Part shown: positions 36,748 through 46,801 of the stretch, piece after piece
How positions within the stretch are numbered: the first letter of the stretch is position 1
How the letters are laid out: each line of letters begins with the position of its first letter
Virus record (IMG/VR): IMGVR_UViG_3300011114_001049
Coordinates: 36,275-100,274 of that record
Reading direction: 5' to 3' (one strand)
Length of the DNA: 64,000 bases
Source: a virus
Made by a program: the position numbers and the translations under genes
Notes under the pieces: model-generated
Database searches by the model: none
The model's input: the letters and a program-made list of their open reading frames with translations, nothing else
Told to the model about the DNA's origin: nothing

Positions 36748-38310
36748 TTAGTTTATTAAAGATACTATACTTTCGGAGATTTGAAATTTTTGTTCCTTAT
36801 AAATCTCCTTTCTCACCTTTGCATGACGAATAGAATATCCATCAAGTTCATCTATCAAGTCCCACACTATTACTTTATTCTTTTCAGCAAGCTTACGCAT
36901 GCCTCTGCCTATTGCCTGCCTCAGTGTTATCTCTGCTTTAATAGATTCTGCCAGGATAATATGGTGAAGGTTCTTAGAGTCTATACCAGTAGCAAAGGTT
37001 CCGTAGCTTGCAACGATTATTACTTCGTTTTGAGCTTCAAGAACAGCTTTGAATTGATCTCTATTTAGTGAATCAACGTCACCGTCAATATAAAAAGTGT
37101 TCTTGTTCCACTCAAGCAGCTTAGCTTGAATCATCTTTCCATAACCATTCTTTACGTCAGAAAATAAGATAAGAGTATTTTTGTTTACTTCTCTACAGAG
37201 GTCGCTAATATAGTCTAACCTTTCTTTACTCTCAAAGATTATTCCTTTTTCAATGGCTAACATGTCTCTCCCAAAATCTTTGGGATTATTATACATCGCT
37301 TTACCTGTTTCTTTTAGGTGCCAGTACTTTTGAATACTTTGATTGCTTTCATCGTATTTAAGTTGTACCATCTCTATCTTTATATTTGGCGAATATCCAT
37401 TATCAATTAAATGTTTTGCAGAAAGTACCATAACTAGTGGACCGACTGTTTCCTGTATCCTAAAGAAGTCAGAAAAAGATTCGTCTATTTTGACTGTTCC
37501 AGAAAGACCAAGTCGATATTCCCAATTAATACAAGATAGAAGTATGTCTCTAATGGAGTTTCCTCTAGAGGTATGGACTTCGTCTACTTGAACTACTGAG
37601 AACTTACTAAACACTTCAATTGGAAGGTTTACTAAACTCTGATAGGTAGAGATAACTACTTCTGCTCTGTTAAATTTTTCTTCTGTAAACTTATCTTTTC
37701 CGCCTATTGATAGAACGTTCCATTCCTTACCTGGTTTTGCATACATCCTGAATTTATCTGCAGTCTGACCAACTAATGAAATGTTAGGTACTATGATTAG
37801 ACTTTTATTTTCCTTGTTTATCTTACCTCCATCTCTTAGAAATGAATTATACATATAGAAGATTAGTGTCTTACCAGCAGATGTAGCGAGTTCTTCTGTG
37901 CAGAATTTATACTTAACTGCTCTAAATGCTCCTTCTACTTGATAGTCTCTAGGTATTATCTGATTTCCATGCTCGTCGATTACTCCTTCAAGTAGATTAG
38001 AAATGTACTTTAAATATAATTCTTTGGAAATAGATTCATTAACAAAGCCGTCTGCTCCTTCAATCTCACAAGAGTAATTGTACTTATCACAGAAATTATA
38101 AATTTCTTTCCATAAGCCGACTGCAACCTCGCCTTCCTTAGTGATGAATGAGTCCATTCCATCCCAAATACCACGATCAACTAGAACATTAAAAGCGGCC
38201 TTCTTTGATTTTCTTTTAAAGAAACTAAACAGGGAAGTTCTCTCTTGATTTAGAGTTGTCTCTACGAGCTTTATGAATTTTTTATCGTGAGTGACCTTAA
38301 ACTTTAACAC
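36748..38310 (-). CDS. uvsW: UvsW-like SF2 DNA helicase
   Basis: PRDYQ, ATSAGKT, DEVH, GLSGT, QAIGRGMR. Confidence 0.92.
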   Translation of the reverse strand: MLKFKVTHDKKFIKLVETTLNQERTSLFSFFKRKSKKAAFNVLVDRGIWDGMDSFITKEGEVAVGLWKEIYNFCDKYNYSCEIEGADGFVNESISKELYLKYISNLLEGVIDEHGNQIIPRDYQVEGAFRAVKYKFCTEELATSAGKTLIFYMYNSFLRDGGKINKENKSLIIVPNISLVGQTADKFRMYAKPGKEWNVLSIGGKDKFTEEKFNRAEVVISTYQSLVNLPIEVFSKFSVVQVDEVHTSRGNSIRDILLSCINWEYRLGLSGTVKIDESFSDFFRIQETVGPLVMVLSAKHLIDNGYSPNIKIEMVQLKYDESNQSIQKYWHLKETGKAMYNNPKDFGRDMLAIEKGIIFESKERLDYISDLCREVNKNTLILFSDVKNGYGKMIQAKLLEWNKNTFYIDGDVDSLNRDQFKAVLEAQNEVIIVASYGTFATGIDSKNLHHIILAESIKAEITLRQAIGRGMRKLAEKNKVIVWDLIDELDGYSIRHAKVRKEIYKEQKFQISESIVSLIN

Positions 38311-38313
38311 AAT

Positions 38314-38748
38314 TTATAAACCCAATGTTTTTTCAATGTCTAGCCTAGTCTTTATTCCAAAAATTATGCTGTCGATTGTTTTAATAGATTCACTATAGAA
38401 TGAAATTTGATTTTCAAAAAGCTCTAGTGACTCCTTTGTACTTGAAGTTTTACCTTCAATCACAACTGTCTTTTCATTAGACTGATATCTAATTTGTAAA
38501 TTTTTAGAGAGATTTTCCATTTCGCTAGACCTCTCTTCCCTAAACTTTTTGCGTAATGTAGTAATGTTCTCTAACAGAGTATGATTATCTTCAAGAAGAC
38601 GTTGCCTAAGAGAAAGCATGTTTACTTGAGCAATCTTAAGAGTTTTAAGATTACTTAGTTTTTCAATGTTTTCATAGATCTCAGTTGAGACAGTTGCTCG
38701 ACTTTCACTAAACTTTTTGGCTATTTTCTTTTTGGTCTCTTCGTTCAT
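38314..38748 (-). CDS. UvsY-like recombination mediator
   Basis: Helical 144 aa next to UvsW; C-terminal 'IKTIDSIIFGIKTRLD' pattern. Confidence 0.5.
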   Translation of the reverse strand: MNEETKKKIAKKFSESRATVSTEIYENIEKLSNLKTLKIAQVNMLSLRQRLLEDNHTLLENITTLRKKFREERSSEMENLSKNLQIRYQSNEKTVVIEGKTSSTKESLELFENQISFYSESIKTIDSIIFGIKTRLDIEKTLGL

Positions 38749-38780
38749 CTTATGTACCTCAATATCTTTTATTACTTAGA

Positions 38781-38807
38781 GTTGTACTTAGAAAACATAA
38801 AAAGTTT
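38781..38807 (-). promoter_or_regulatory. class-II promoter AAAC-N17-TACAAC
   Basis: Upstream of uvsY/uvsW. Confidence 0.45.
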
Positions 38808-39293
38808 CTATCCTACGAAATCAACAAAGCGGTATAGATTGGAACCTAGCTGAAAATGATCTTCATTTTTCATATCGTCCTTATCTATAGAGGTCAGTAT
38901 TTCGTTTCCGATTACTGCAGAACTGCCGTTTTTGAAATAGTAGCTAACATACTCTCCTCCTTGTTTACCGACTACCATTGCTTTTATTTTATGCTTTTCA
39001 TACAGTTTAGGTATACTCTCTATAAAAGGTTGAGACTCGTCTAATTTCATGAAGACTGATGGATATGCAACAAGTTGTCCGTTCTTAGAAAGAAACGCTT
39101 TTTGATAAATGCAATTATATTCAGCAAGCATTGTTGATTTAGTGAGTAGATAACTTTCTTTGTTTAAAAATATAATGATTGCAAAAGGAAGTCTGCTCTG
39201 TACAGTATCTCTAAGGTCTGACCAGGAAGGAGCAAAGCTCGCCTTATTGTTTTCTTTAGAAAAATCTTCAAATAATGTAAGATATTTAGTCAC
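38808..39293 (-). CDS. hypothetical protein, CTS-like start
   Basis: MTKYLTLFEDFSKE; GATAAATAA at 39314-22. Confidence 0.65.
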   Translation of the reverse strand: MTKYLTLFEDFSKENNKASFAPSWSDLRDTVQSRLPFAIIIFLNKESYLLTKSTMLAEYNCIYQKAFLSKNGQLVAYPSVFMKLDESQPFIESIPKLYEKHKIKAMVVGKQGGEYVSYYFKNGSSAVIGNEILTSIDKDDMKNEDHFQLGSNLYRFVDFVG

Positions 39294-39347
39294 TATTAAG
39301 TTAAAACTTTTTATTATTTATCAATAAAATATAGTATAAGTATTATT

Positions 39348-39908
39348 ATGAAAAAATTAACTAAGATATCAGTATTTGATTTAGATGAAACTGTTGCTAG
39401 AATGCCTAGCTATACTGCGAGTAAGCATGTAGAAAAATCAACAGATGGCTATTTCTTATTCCCAACGCCATACTCATTCTACGATCACCCATTATCGATG
39501 GACACGTCTATTCATAATATTCAATTTATTTCACCGGTACTAGACGATTGGCAAAAGTCGGTACTAGATATAAACAGTAGAACAATACTTATAACTCACA
39601 GGACAGAACAACTTAGAACTTATGTTAATCAAGTAATAGAAAAGGCGGTTTTCGGATTTGATGCAATCTATTGTTTAGGTAGGGTCACTGAAAAGTTTGA
39701 TACGTTATTAAAGGAGTTAAAAAAATACCCAGAGATAACGAAGGTGGATATCTACGAGGATACACTAGAACAGATTATAAAGTATAGAACTGGCTTCGAG
39801 TCATTGAGTAGAAAATATGAAGTTAATTTCTATTTTGTGGATAAGTCAAATGTATTTAGACTTCTTGATTTTAAAGTTGATGAAAAAAGAAAAATAAAGT
39901 TGATATGA
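39348..39908 (+). CDS. HAD-superfamily phosphatase
   Basis: FDLDET, ITHR, K, YED. Confidence 0.75.
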   Translation: MKKLTKISVFDLDETVARMPSYTASKHVEKSTDGYFLFPTPYSFYDHPLSMDTSIHNIQFISPVLDDWQKSVLDINSRTILITHRTEQLRTYVNQVIEKAVFGFDAIYCLGRVTEKFDTLLKELKKYPEITKVDIYEDTLEQIIKYRTGFESLSRKYEVNFYFVDKSNVFRLLDFKVDEKRKIKLI

Positions 39909-40498
39909 TAATTCTAATAGAAGGGCACAGACACAGCGGTAAAACTTTTTTAATGGAAAAGTTCTTTGAAGAAAACAAAGATCCTAAGATCCACTACTAT
40001 AAGTTTCAATTTGCAAAATATATTGAGTCACTAGGCTTAAGAGATCAAGAAAATGGTCCGGGTGTACACTATTTTAGTATCGCAAATGTTTTAACCATCT
40101 TAGAACTTAATCAGTCTATTCTAAAAGACCAAGTAATAGTATTTGATCGTTGTATATTCTCAGCATACGTATGGTCCATCTATCGAGAAAGAATGGATAG
40201 AGGCAGGCTTATTGATGAGTTTAGAAAGATCTTGAATAGTGAACTGTGGCAAAACTGCAAAATTCTATATGTTAGCCGACCTGCTGAAATCAACACTGGA
40301 GTAAGAGAGAAGGACTATTTTGAAAATTTTGAGAATTTGGAGTCAGAAAAAAATCTATTTGATAAGTTATTTAGTGAATTCATAGAAGTAATAACAGATG
40401 ACAAATTAAACAATGGTTTAATTAGGTTTAAGAATAACTTTGATCAGTTGAGTGAAGATCGGTTTATTACTGTGTTAACCCAATTAGCAAATAATTAA
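39905..40498 (+). CDS. P-loop nucleoside monophosphate kinase (thymidylate-kinase-like)
   Basis: IEGHRHSGKT; FDRCIFSAYV. Confidence 0.75.
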   Translation: MIILIEGHRHSGKTFLMEKFFEENKDPKIHYYKFQFAKYIESLGLRDQENGPGVHYFSIANVLTILELNQSILKDQVIVFDRCIFSAYVWSIYRERMDRGRLIDEFRKILNSELWQNCKILYVSRPAEINTGVREKDYFENFENLESEKNLFDKLFSEFIEVITDDKLNNGLIRFKNNFDQLSEDRFITVLTQLANN

Positions 40499-40533
40499 TT
40501 GCGTTTTTAATAAATAATAAAAAATAGACACTA

Positions 40534-41079
40534 ATGCCAAAGTTTAAAAAGTTTTCACAGTTTGTAAACGAAGCTGAAGTAATGACTATTCCACTTAAGG
40601 GATATGAAACAGACGTTGTTATCCAAAGAATAGAAGAATTAGTGGAAGCCCTTTCAGATGGAGTTAAGTTTGGAGTCCCATCAGATTACTTGGGTAGAGC
40701 AACTACGTATAAAGATGCAAACGGAGCTATTCAAAGAATAAAAGACATACAACATTACTATGACAGTAAAGCGGAAGAAGTTAGATTCTACTGTTGGTCG
40801 ATAAGTTATGAAGGCAGCTGGAAAGCTACTAAAAATTTAAGAAGTAAGATAGAAAAAGCAGGTGGTTTTGGAGATCAACCAAATAATATAAACTTAAAAA
40901 AAGTAATTGATTATTTTACTGAAAACGCTGAGGATTCAGATAATGTTGCAACTATCTCAATCAGCATAGATTCACCTACTGTTAGAAAATCAATGCAAGT
41001 CACAAAACCTGCGGAAACTCAACCACAGCAACCGACTAATACTCGACCACAAGAGCCGGCTGAAGAACAAGAAGCATAA
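40534..41079 (+). CDS. hypothetical protein, CTS-like start
   Basis: MPKFKKFSQFVNE. Confidence 0.65.
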   Translation: MPKFKKFSQFVNEAEVMTIPLKGYETDVVIQRIEELVEALSDGVKFGVPSDYLGRATTYKDANGAIQRIKDIQHYYDSKAEEVRFYCWSISYEGSWKATKNLRSKIEKAGGFGDQPNNINLKKVIDYFTENAEDSDNVATISISIDSPTVRKSMQVTKPAETQPQQPTNTRPQEPAEEQEA

Positions 41080-41083
41080 AACT

Positions 41084-42943
41084 ATGTCAGGTATAAACCA
41101 TCTTAAAGAACTTCAAGAAAAGAAGGGAGATGCTTTTTTAAATGGCATCCTAAATAACTATGTGATCATAAGCGAAAAAGTAAGCGGCGCTTTTTTTGGA
41201 GTAAAGAAGACTAGTGATGACTCTTTCAAATACTTCAAAAAAAACGGAGAGATAACTTATGTAGATCGTGTATTGATGCAGTATTACAATCCAGCAATTA
41301 GCTTCTTTGAGAGAATGCCTCAACCAAAAAGAGAAAGGATTCCATCTAATTTTTTCTTTGGTTTTGAATACTTTAATAGAGGAGATCACAACAATGCGGT
41401 AGGGCGACCTATGAAAAACAACTTGATACTCTGCTATATCCAACGACTAGACGATTCAGGGAACGTTATAGAAACAGTACAATCACTAGAGCAATTAACT
41501 AAATGGGCAAACTACCTAGACGTAGAACCACCACCGATTATCTTTGAAGGTAAATTAGATGACGAACAGAGAAGAGAAATTTTAAACTTTGTTTATTCTG
41601 AAGATTCTCAGTTAGAGGAAAAGTTTAAAACTAGATCATTCTCAAAGCACATAATTGCGATCTTATGTCCAGAAAAAACTGCTGACTTTGGAGATAGGGA
41701 GTTCGAAACTTTAATATTTAGGTTTTTTGGCTTGGAGAAAGGTGAGGAGAGTTTATATCTAGCAAAGATAATAGATCCAATGTTTAAAAAGAAAAAGCAG
41801 GAAACTGGTCCAATCAAAAACATTTCACAGGATTATATCTGGTTAATTGTTATCGACTTAATGAATCACTTCGAGATGTATCAGACTGACGAACTAAGAT
41901 CGGCATGCGAAGATGGATCAAATTACGAGCAGAAATACATAAATTTAATCAATAAGATCTACACAGATTTCATTGCGGACTACTCAGTTAAGTATGGTGG
42001 ACTTGAATTAGAAGTACCTGAATACTTACAGAGAGCAGAATTTGCATTAAATATACCTTTAATTGGTGATAAGGCAGTGGTTACTTTGATAAAAAAGAGT
42101 ACAATCAATGCTGAGATCTACAAAGTCTTATTAAATTTCTTTAGAAAGACTAGAAAACGTTCTAGTTCTGGCTTCTTTACGCCTGATCTAGTATCACAGT
42201 TAAACTTAATAGTTCAAAAAGTAAGAAATTTAGTATTAGGAGATGCGATATATGAAGGTTTATTTCCAAGCTTTAATCAGTTTATAGATTCACCAGACGA
42301 TGCACCGTTATTGAGTGAGAAGGAACATGCTAATTTAGAAGAGACAAAAGGACCTAAAAAAGTAAACATAATGGTAGGTCAGTTTCAGCCTATTACTATT
42401 GGGCACTTGCAGGCAGCTGAGCAGTTAAAGAATAAAAACGGTAAACCTGTTGTCTTGATTGCTATTCATCCAAACAAAAAGACTAAGGGCTCTCCTATAT
42501 CTAAGAAGTTTCTTAATATCATGTTAAGTAAAATTCAGCAAGCCAACCCGACTCTTATACAAGACTATAGAATAATTAACAGCGGATTCATCGATGATGT
42601 GCTTAAGTCTCTTTCATCTGACTATTCTCCTATACTTTGGGGAACAAGTGGTAGGCGACTACATGATTATGCAATTCAGTTTGATTATATCAAAAAAAGA
42701 AATATTCCAATTAGGATGTCAAAGGACTTTAACTTGGTAGAGATGCCAAGTTTAGTAAAATCAGAAGAAGTATTAGCAGCCATTATGAATTCTGATTTTA
42801 ATGAATTTAAAAAGTTAACACCAGCTCCAATACATTCTGAATTCTTTAATTTACAAAAAGAACTTGGAGTCTCAACACCAGTCAGTGAAAACGCCGATCC
42901 TAGGCTATCTGATAAAACCTTTAATAAAGAAGAACTTCTTTGA
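41084..42943 (+). CDS. RNA-ligase-like domain fused to an HxGH-type nucleotidyl(cytidyl)transferase
   Basis: SEKVSG, FGFEY, PIIFEG, ETLIFR, AKIID; C-terminal GQFQPITIGH. Confidence 0.6.
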   Translation: MSGINHLKELQEKKGDAFLNGILNNYVIISEKVSGAFFGVKKTSDDSFKYFKKNGEITYVDRVLMQYYNPAISFFERMPQPKRERIPSNFFFGFEYFNRGDHNNAVGRPMKNNLILCYIQRLDDSGNVIETVQSLEQLTKWANYLDVEPPPIIFEGKLDDEQRREILNFVYSEDSQLEEKFKTRSFSKHIIAILCPEKTADFGDREFETLIFRFFGLEKGEESLYLAKIIDPMFKKKKQETGPIKNISQDYIWLIVIDLMNHFEMYQTDELRSACEDGSNYEQKYINLINKIYTDFIADYSVKYGGLELEVPEYLQRAEFALNIPLIGDKAVVTLIKKSTINAEIYKVLLNFFRKTRKRSSSGFFTPDLVSQLNLIVQKVRNLVLGDAIYEGLFPSFNQFIDSPDDAPLLSEKEHANLEETKGPKKVNIMVGQFQPITIGHLQAAEQLKNKNGKPVVLIAIHPNKKTKGSPISKKFLNIMLSKIQQANPTLIQDYRIINSGFIDDVLKSLSSDYSPILWGTSGRRLHDYAIQFDYIKKRNIPIRMSKDFNLVEMPSLVKSEEVLAAIMNSDFNEFKKLTPAPIHSEFFNLQKELGVSTPVSENADPRLSDKTFNKEELL

Positions 42944-42958
42944 TTTTTTTGATATAAT
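42932..42958 (+). promoter_or_regulatory. class-II promoter GAAC-N17-TATAAT
   Basis: Conserved geometry. Confidence 0.55.
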
Positions 42959-42987
42959 ATACTATCAAAAAAAATCTATCTTTAATT

Positions 42988-44553
42988 ATGAGATTTAAAG
43001 AATTAACAGAAAATGACAAGATTAAAATTAGCGAAACTTACTTTAATAAAGAACTCTCTTGGGAAAAACGAATAGCTTCTCTTGCAGATCATTATGACGT
43101 TTCAAGCAGAACAGTAGAAAGATGGGTATCTAAATTAGGACTTACTACTAAGACACAAGAGGAATCACCTCAATTAAAACTAGCAAAAGCAAAATCTTTT
43201 AATAAAAGAAAGAAGAGATTTATCATAACTTGGGCACAGAACGATACCCCAGTCCATGATAATTTTATTCTAAATATGGAGACCTACGCTGATTTTATAA
43301 ATGCAGACATCCACGTTATTGCTGGCAGATATAGGAATCCAACATCTATTTTTACTGATGAAGGCTGTGATGTTTGGTCTAAGAGAATAGAGAAGTACTT
43401 AGACGCAAACCGCCATGATATTCACAAGTATGTATCAATCATGTCTGACATTAAGATTCAGCCTACTGCGGTAAACCCAATGACTGGTCTACAGGGCATG
43501 AGCGGAATAAACTCGTGCGTGTTCGGTTCGCCTAAAGTACAGATGGAAATGATACCTGTACTAGAAGGTAGCGTACCTAAGATGATGTTGACTACTGGTG
43601 CTTGTACTGTAACTAATTATACTGATTCTAGAGCAGGCAAGAAGGGAGAGTTTCACCATACTTTGGGTTTTGTTGTTGTCGAGATAAAAGGAAACGATAT
43701 CTTTTTCATGAGACAGGTCACAGCTACTGAAGATGGAAATTTCTGTGATCTTTTCTATAAGGTAAGTTTACAAGACGGCGAGAGTCGAGTTGATGAAGTG
43801 GATCGGGTCTCTGCTCTAATTTGGGGAGACATCCATTATGGTCATCATGATCAGAGGGTGTTTGATACTACTGTTTCATTAATGGAAAAGATAAATCCAG
43901 ACCACGTAGTATTACATGACGTATTTGACGGTAAATCGATTAGTCACCATGAAGAAAAGGATCCATTCATCCAGTATCAAAAAGAAATGGAGGGTACTAA
44001 TTCTCTACGTACTGAGATAGAAGACCTCTTAGAAGGACTTGAAGTGTTTGAGGATTACAACACAGTAATAGTTCGAAGCAATCACGATGATTTTCTGGAT
44101 AGGTGGTTAAAGAACACGGATTGGAGAAAAGCAATTACTCCAAAGAACTCACTAGAATACATGCAATACTCTGCCGCTATCTTAAGCGGAGATGCACCAA
44201 ATGGTGTGATACCTTGGGTGATAAATAATAAATATCCTCACTTCGTAACATTAGGACGAAGCGATAGTTATATTGTTAATGGTTGGGAGTTAGGTCAGCA
44301 TGGTGATATAGGTGCTAGTGGAAGTAGAGGATCTCTACAGCAATTTAGAAATCTAAACACCAAGATAGTAGTAGGTCACTACCACTCGCCAGGTAGAAAG
44401 GACGGTGCACTGGCAGTTGGGACTTCAACTAAATTAAGAGTAGGTTATAACATAGGTGCCAGTGGATGGCTACACTCACATGTAATCATTCATGAAAACG
44501 GTAAGGCACAACATATTAACCTCGTTAAGGGAGAGTATACGACCCTAAAATAA
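42988..44553 (+). CDS. N-terminal HTH plus calcineurin-like metallophosphoesterase
   Basis: LADHYDVSSRTVERW; GDIH, HDVFDG, SNHD, QHGD, GHYHS. Confidence 0.8.
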   Translation: MRFKELTENDKIKISETYFNKELSWEKRIASLADHYDVSSRTVERWVSKLGLTTKTQEESPQLKLAKAKSFNKRKKRFIITWAQNDTPVHDNFILNMETYADFINADIHVIAGRYRNPTSIFTDEGCDVWSKRIEKYLDANRHDIHKYVSIMSDIKIQPTAVNPMTGLQGMSGINSCVFGSPKVQMEMIPVLEGSVPKMMLTTGACTVTNYTDSRAGKKGEFHHTLGFVVVEIKGNDIFFMRQVTATEDGNFCDLFYKVSLQDGESRVDEVDRVSALIWGDIHYGHHDQRVFDTTVSLMEKINPDHVVLHDVFDGKSISHHEEKDPFIQYQKEMEGTNSLRTEIEDLLEGLEVFEDYNTVIVRSNHDDFLDRWLKNTDWRKAITPKNSLEYMQYSAAILSGDAPNGVIPWVINNKYPHFVTLGRSDSYIVNGWELGQHGDIGASGSRGSLQQFRNLNTKIVVGHYHSPGRKDGALAVGTSTKLRVGYNIGASGWLHSHVIIHENGKAQHINLVKGEYTTLK

Positions 44554-44563
44554 TTAAGGTAAA

Positions 44564-44761
44564 ATGTCAGAACATGAGAGTAGAAAAAACTATAAAAAGT
44601 ACATTCAAGGAAAGGAACCTTTAAAGAATGCAATGGTTCAACATCCTGACGAAAAGGAGGATACTTCCATATATGACTACCTAAAGGGAAAGGTTAAGCG
44701 AGACTTTTGGATAATACCATATGAAAGATTTACAAAGCAGATAAATAAGAAAAAGAATTGA
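44564..44761 (+). CDS. small hypothetical protein
   Basis: ORF in operon. Confidence 0.6.
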   Translation: MSEHESRKNYKKYIQGKEPLKNAMVQHPDEKEDTSIYDYLKGKVKRDFWIIPYERFTKQINKKKN

Positions 44762-44764
44762 CTT

Positions 44765-46801
44765 ATGAGTTTTGCTGAGTATTTAAACCAATGGATGAAT
44801 CATAACTCTTTATTTGAGAGTAAAAAGAAAGTATCTAGTGCACCAGTAAAAGACGATGATGCTGAGAATAAGGAAGAGCCTAGTGAATTATCGACGCTAT
44901 TCACAATAGTAAAAGAGAAGATAGGTGGAGATATTAATGATAGCTTAGCTAGAACAACATCGTTTGAAGCAATTCGTCAAACATTAGATGGAATCGAACA
45001 GGATCAAATATCCACTATTAAAAATTCCAATGAGCTTGCGGGATTAATAAAACAGATGACTGAATCTAGTAAGATTCCTTTTTTACAAGCATACCTTAAG
45101 AACCTTAGAAGTAATTTAAACAAGATATCGTCTGAAAAGAAAAGGTTTAAACACGGAGAAGACTTCAAGAAGTTTTATAACTTAAAGTCTAGAGAGTCTC
45201 TAGCCATCAATAGAATCTATAAGCTTTACACTATATTTAATTATCTAGACAGTCAGCCAGAAACTGACTTGGAGACAGCGACACTAGTTTCAATTAGAGA
45301 GAAAGATAATAACTTAAGAAAAAGGGGAGAGGAGAATACTTTTAAGATTAAGAGCATCGGCAACGTAGATGAAGGTACTGAAAGTAATAAGTTTGAAATA
45401 GAATACGAAGATGGTACAGTAGAGACACTGATTAAGACTGAAATCAGTAACTTAATGAGGGTAGATACTGAAGGTAATGAGGTAGAGATAGACATCAAAA
45501 TAGCCAAAAGAATCAAAGAGGCTATTAAAAAGCTTTCTAAGTCAACTGAGGATGCGATAAAAAAAGAAGTCGCTGAATCAATAGAAGTTGATATTGATAA
45601 GATCGACGAGATTCCCGATACTGATGAAGGTAGAGAATCACTAGAAATAAATTGGAAGCCTCTGATCGATGCACTTGGTGCAAGGGAGGTACTTCAGCCA
45701 GCCATCGAGAAAAAAGAAAAGGTTTTACCGCCTCCAGCCAAGCCTACTTGTAAAAAGAAGTCAATGATTAAGAACAAACTTTTTTCTGCATTGAACTCTT
45801 GTCTTCTACCTAAGATACAGAACGGTGAAGCACTTCCTCCAGGAGGAGACTATTACAAGTTATTTAAGGCTCTTGAAAAACAGAATGCAGTCTGGATGGA
45901 ATTTTCTATAAAGCAAGAAATGCCAGACGGAGCAATAAATTCTCAATTCAATGCTGGACCTAGAGTGAAAGAGAGCGGCTCAGAAGAGAGTCAACTTTCC
46001 TATTTAAAGCTTTGTAAAAGATGGATTGTACAATACATAGAGAGCGAAGTAGACTGTGTACTTTCAGAAAAGGAACAGACTCAAGCAGTCACTAAGATTG
46101 AGAATATAAGTAAAGAAAAAGAGAGAGAGATTAGAAATTATTATATTTCAAAGGACATTAACATGGGTAACTTCAAAGGAATCCAGTTAAAACCCGATCT
46201 TCGACTACCTCTCTACACTAGAGTTAAATTAGCAGTTAGTGAGGCTGATCGAATAGCAGAGAGTCCGCTAAGGAATTTTATTAAAGGACTAGGTCAAATT
46301 ATGACGGGTCTATTGTCTGGAATAGACGATAGGGGAGATGCTGCAGTTGCAGCAAAAAATGCTGCATCAAATAAGGCGATCTTTAATGGAATATTAAGCA
46401 TAGTTAAAGGTGGAGTAACTGTAGTAGGTGGAAAACAGGCAGGTCGAGACTTTGATAAAGGCGTAGAGAAAGTCACCAAGACTCTTAGAACAGATGCACT
46501 AGGCTTGAGTCAATATAAAGCAGGCGAAGGTCCCCAGTTCTTCAAATCGGCAGAAGGTAAGACTGGTAGAGAACGCCCACTAAGAGAAGACATGCTTTCT
46601 ATTGCTGATACAGGCTCTCCGGTAATCAATCTTGAAGCCCCTGGCCAAACTCATCAGACTCCAAGCAGCCTACCAGTCGACTCAGTGGATCCGCTATTCT
46701 TAGCTGGCCCAGGTAAGAAGGTAAATAAGAAGACGGCTAAGAAAAGCAAAAAGTTCGGTCAAAAGGTAATGAATTTTGGAGATTTCTTGAAAGAGAAATA
46801 A
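44765..46801 (+). CDS. large putative internal virion protein
   Basis: MSFAEYL...LFE at the N-terminus, KVMNFGDFLKE at the C-terminus; GATAAATAA at 44740. Confidence 0.55.
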   Translation: MSFAEYLNQWMNHNSLFESKKKVSSAPVKDDDAENKEEPSELSTLFTIVKEKIGGDINDSLARTTSFEAIRQTLDGIEQDQISTIKNSNELAGLIKQMTESSKIPFLQAYLKNLRSNLNKISSEKKRFKHGEDFKKFYNLKSRESLAINRIYKLYTIFNYLDSQPETDLETATLVSIREKDNNLRKRGEENTFKIKSIGNVDEGTESNKFEIEYEDGTVETLIKTEISNLMRVDTEGNEVEIDIKIAKRIKEAIKKLSKSTEDAIKKEVAESIEVDIDKIDEIPDTDEGRESLEINWKPLIDALGAREVLQPAIEKKEKVLPPPAKPTCKKKSMIKNKLFSALNSCLLPKIQNGEALPPGGDYYKLFKALEKQNAVWMEFSIKQEMPDGAINSQFNAGPRVKESGSEESQLSYLKLCKRWIVQYIESEVDCVLSEKEQTQAVTKIENISKEKEREIRNYYISKDINMGNFKGIQLKPDLRLPLYTRVKLAVSEADRIAESPLRNFIKGLGQIMTGLLSGIDDRGDAAVAAKNAASNKAIFNGILSIVKGGVTVVGGKQAGRDFDKGVEKVTKTLRTDALGLSQYKAGEGPQFFKSAEGKTGRERPLREDMLSIADTGSPVINLEAPGQTHQTPSSLPVDSVDPLFLAGPGKKVNKKTAKKSKKFGQKVMNFGDFLKEK

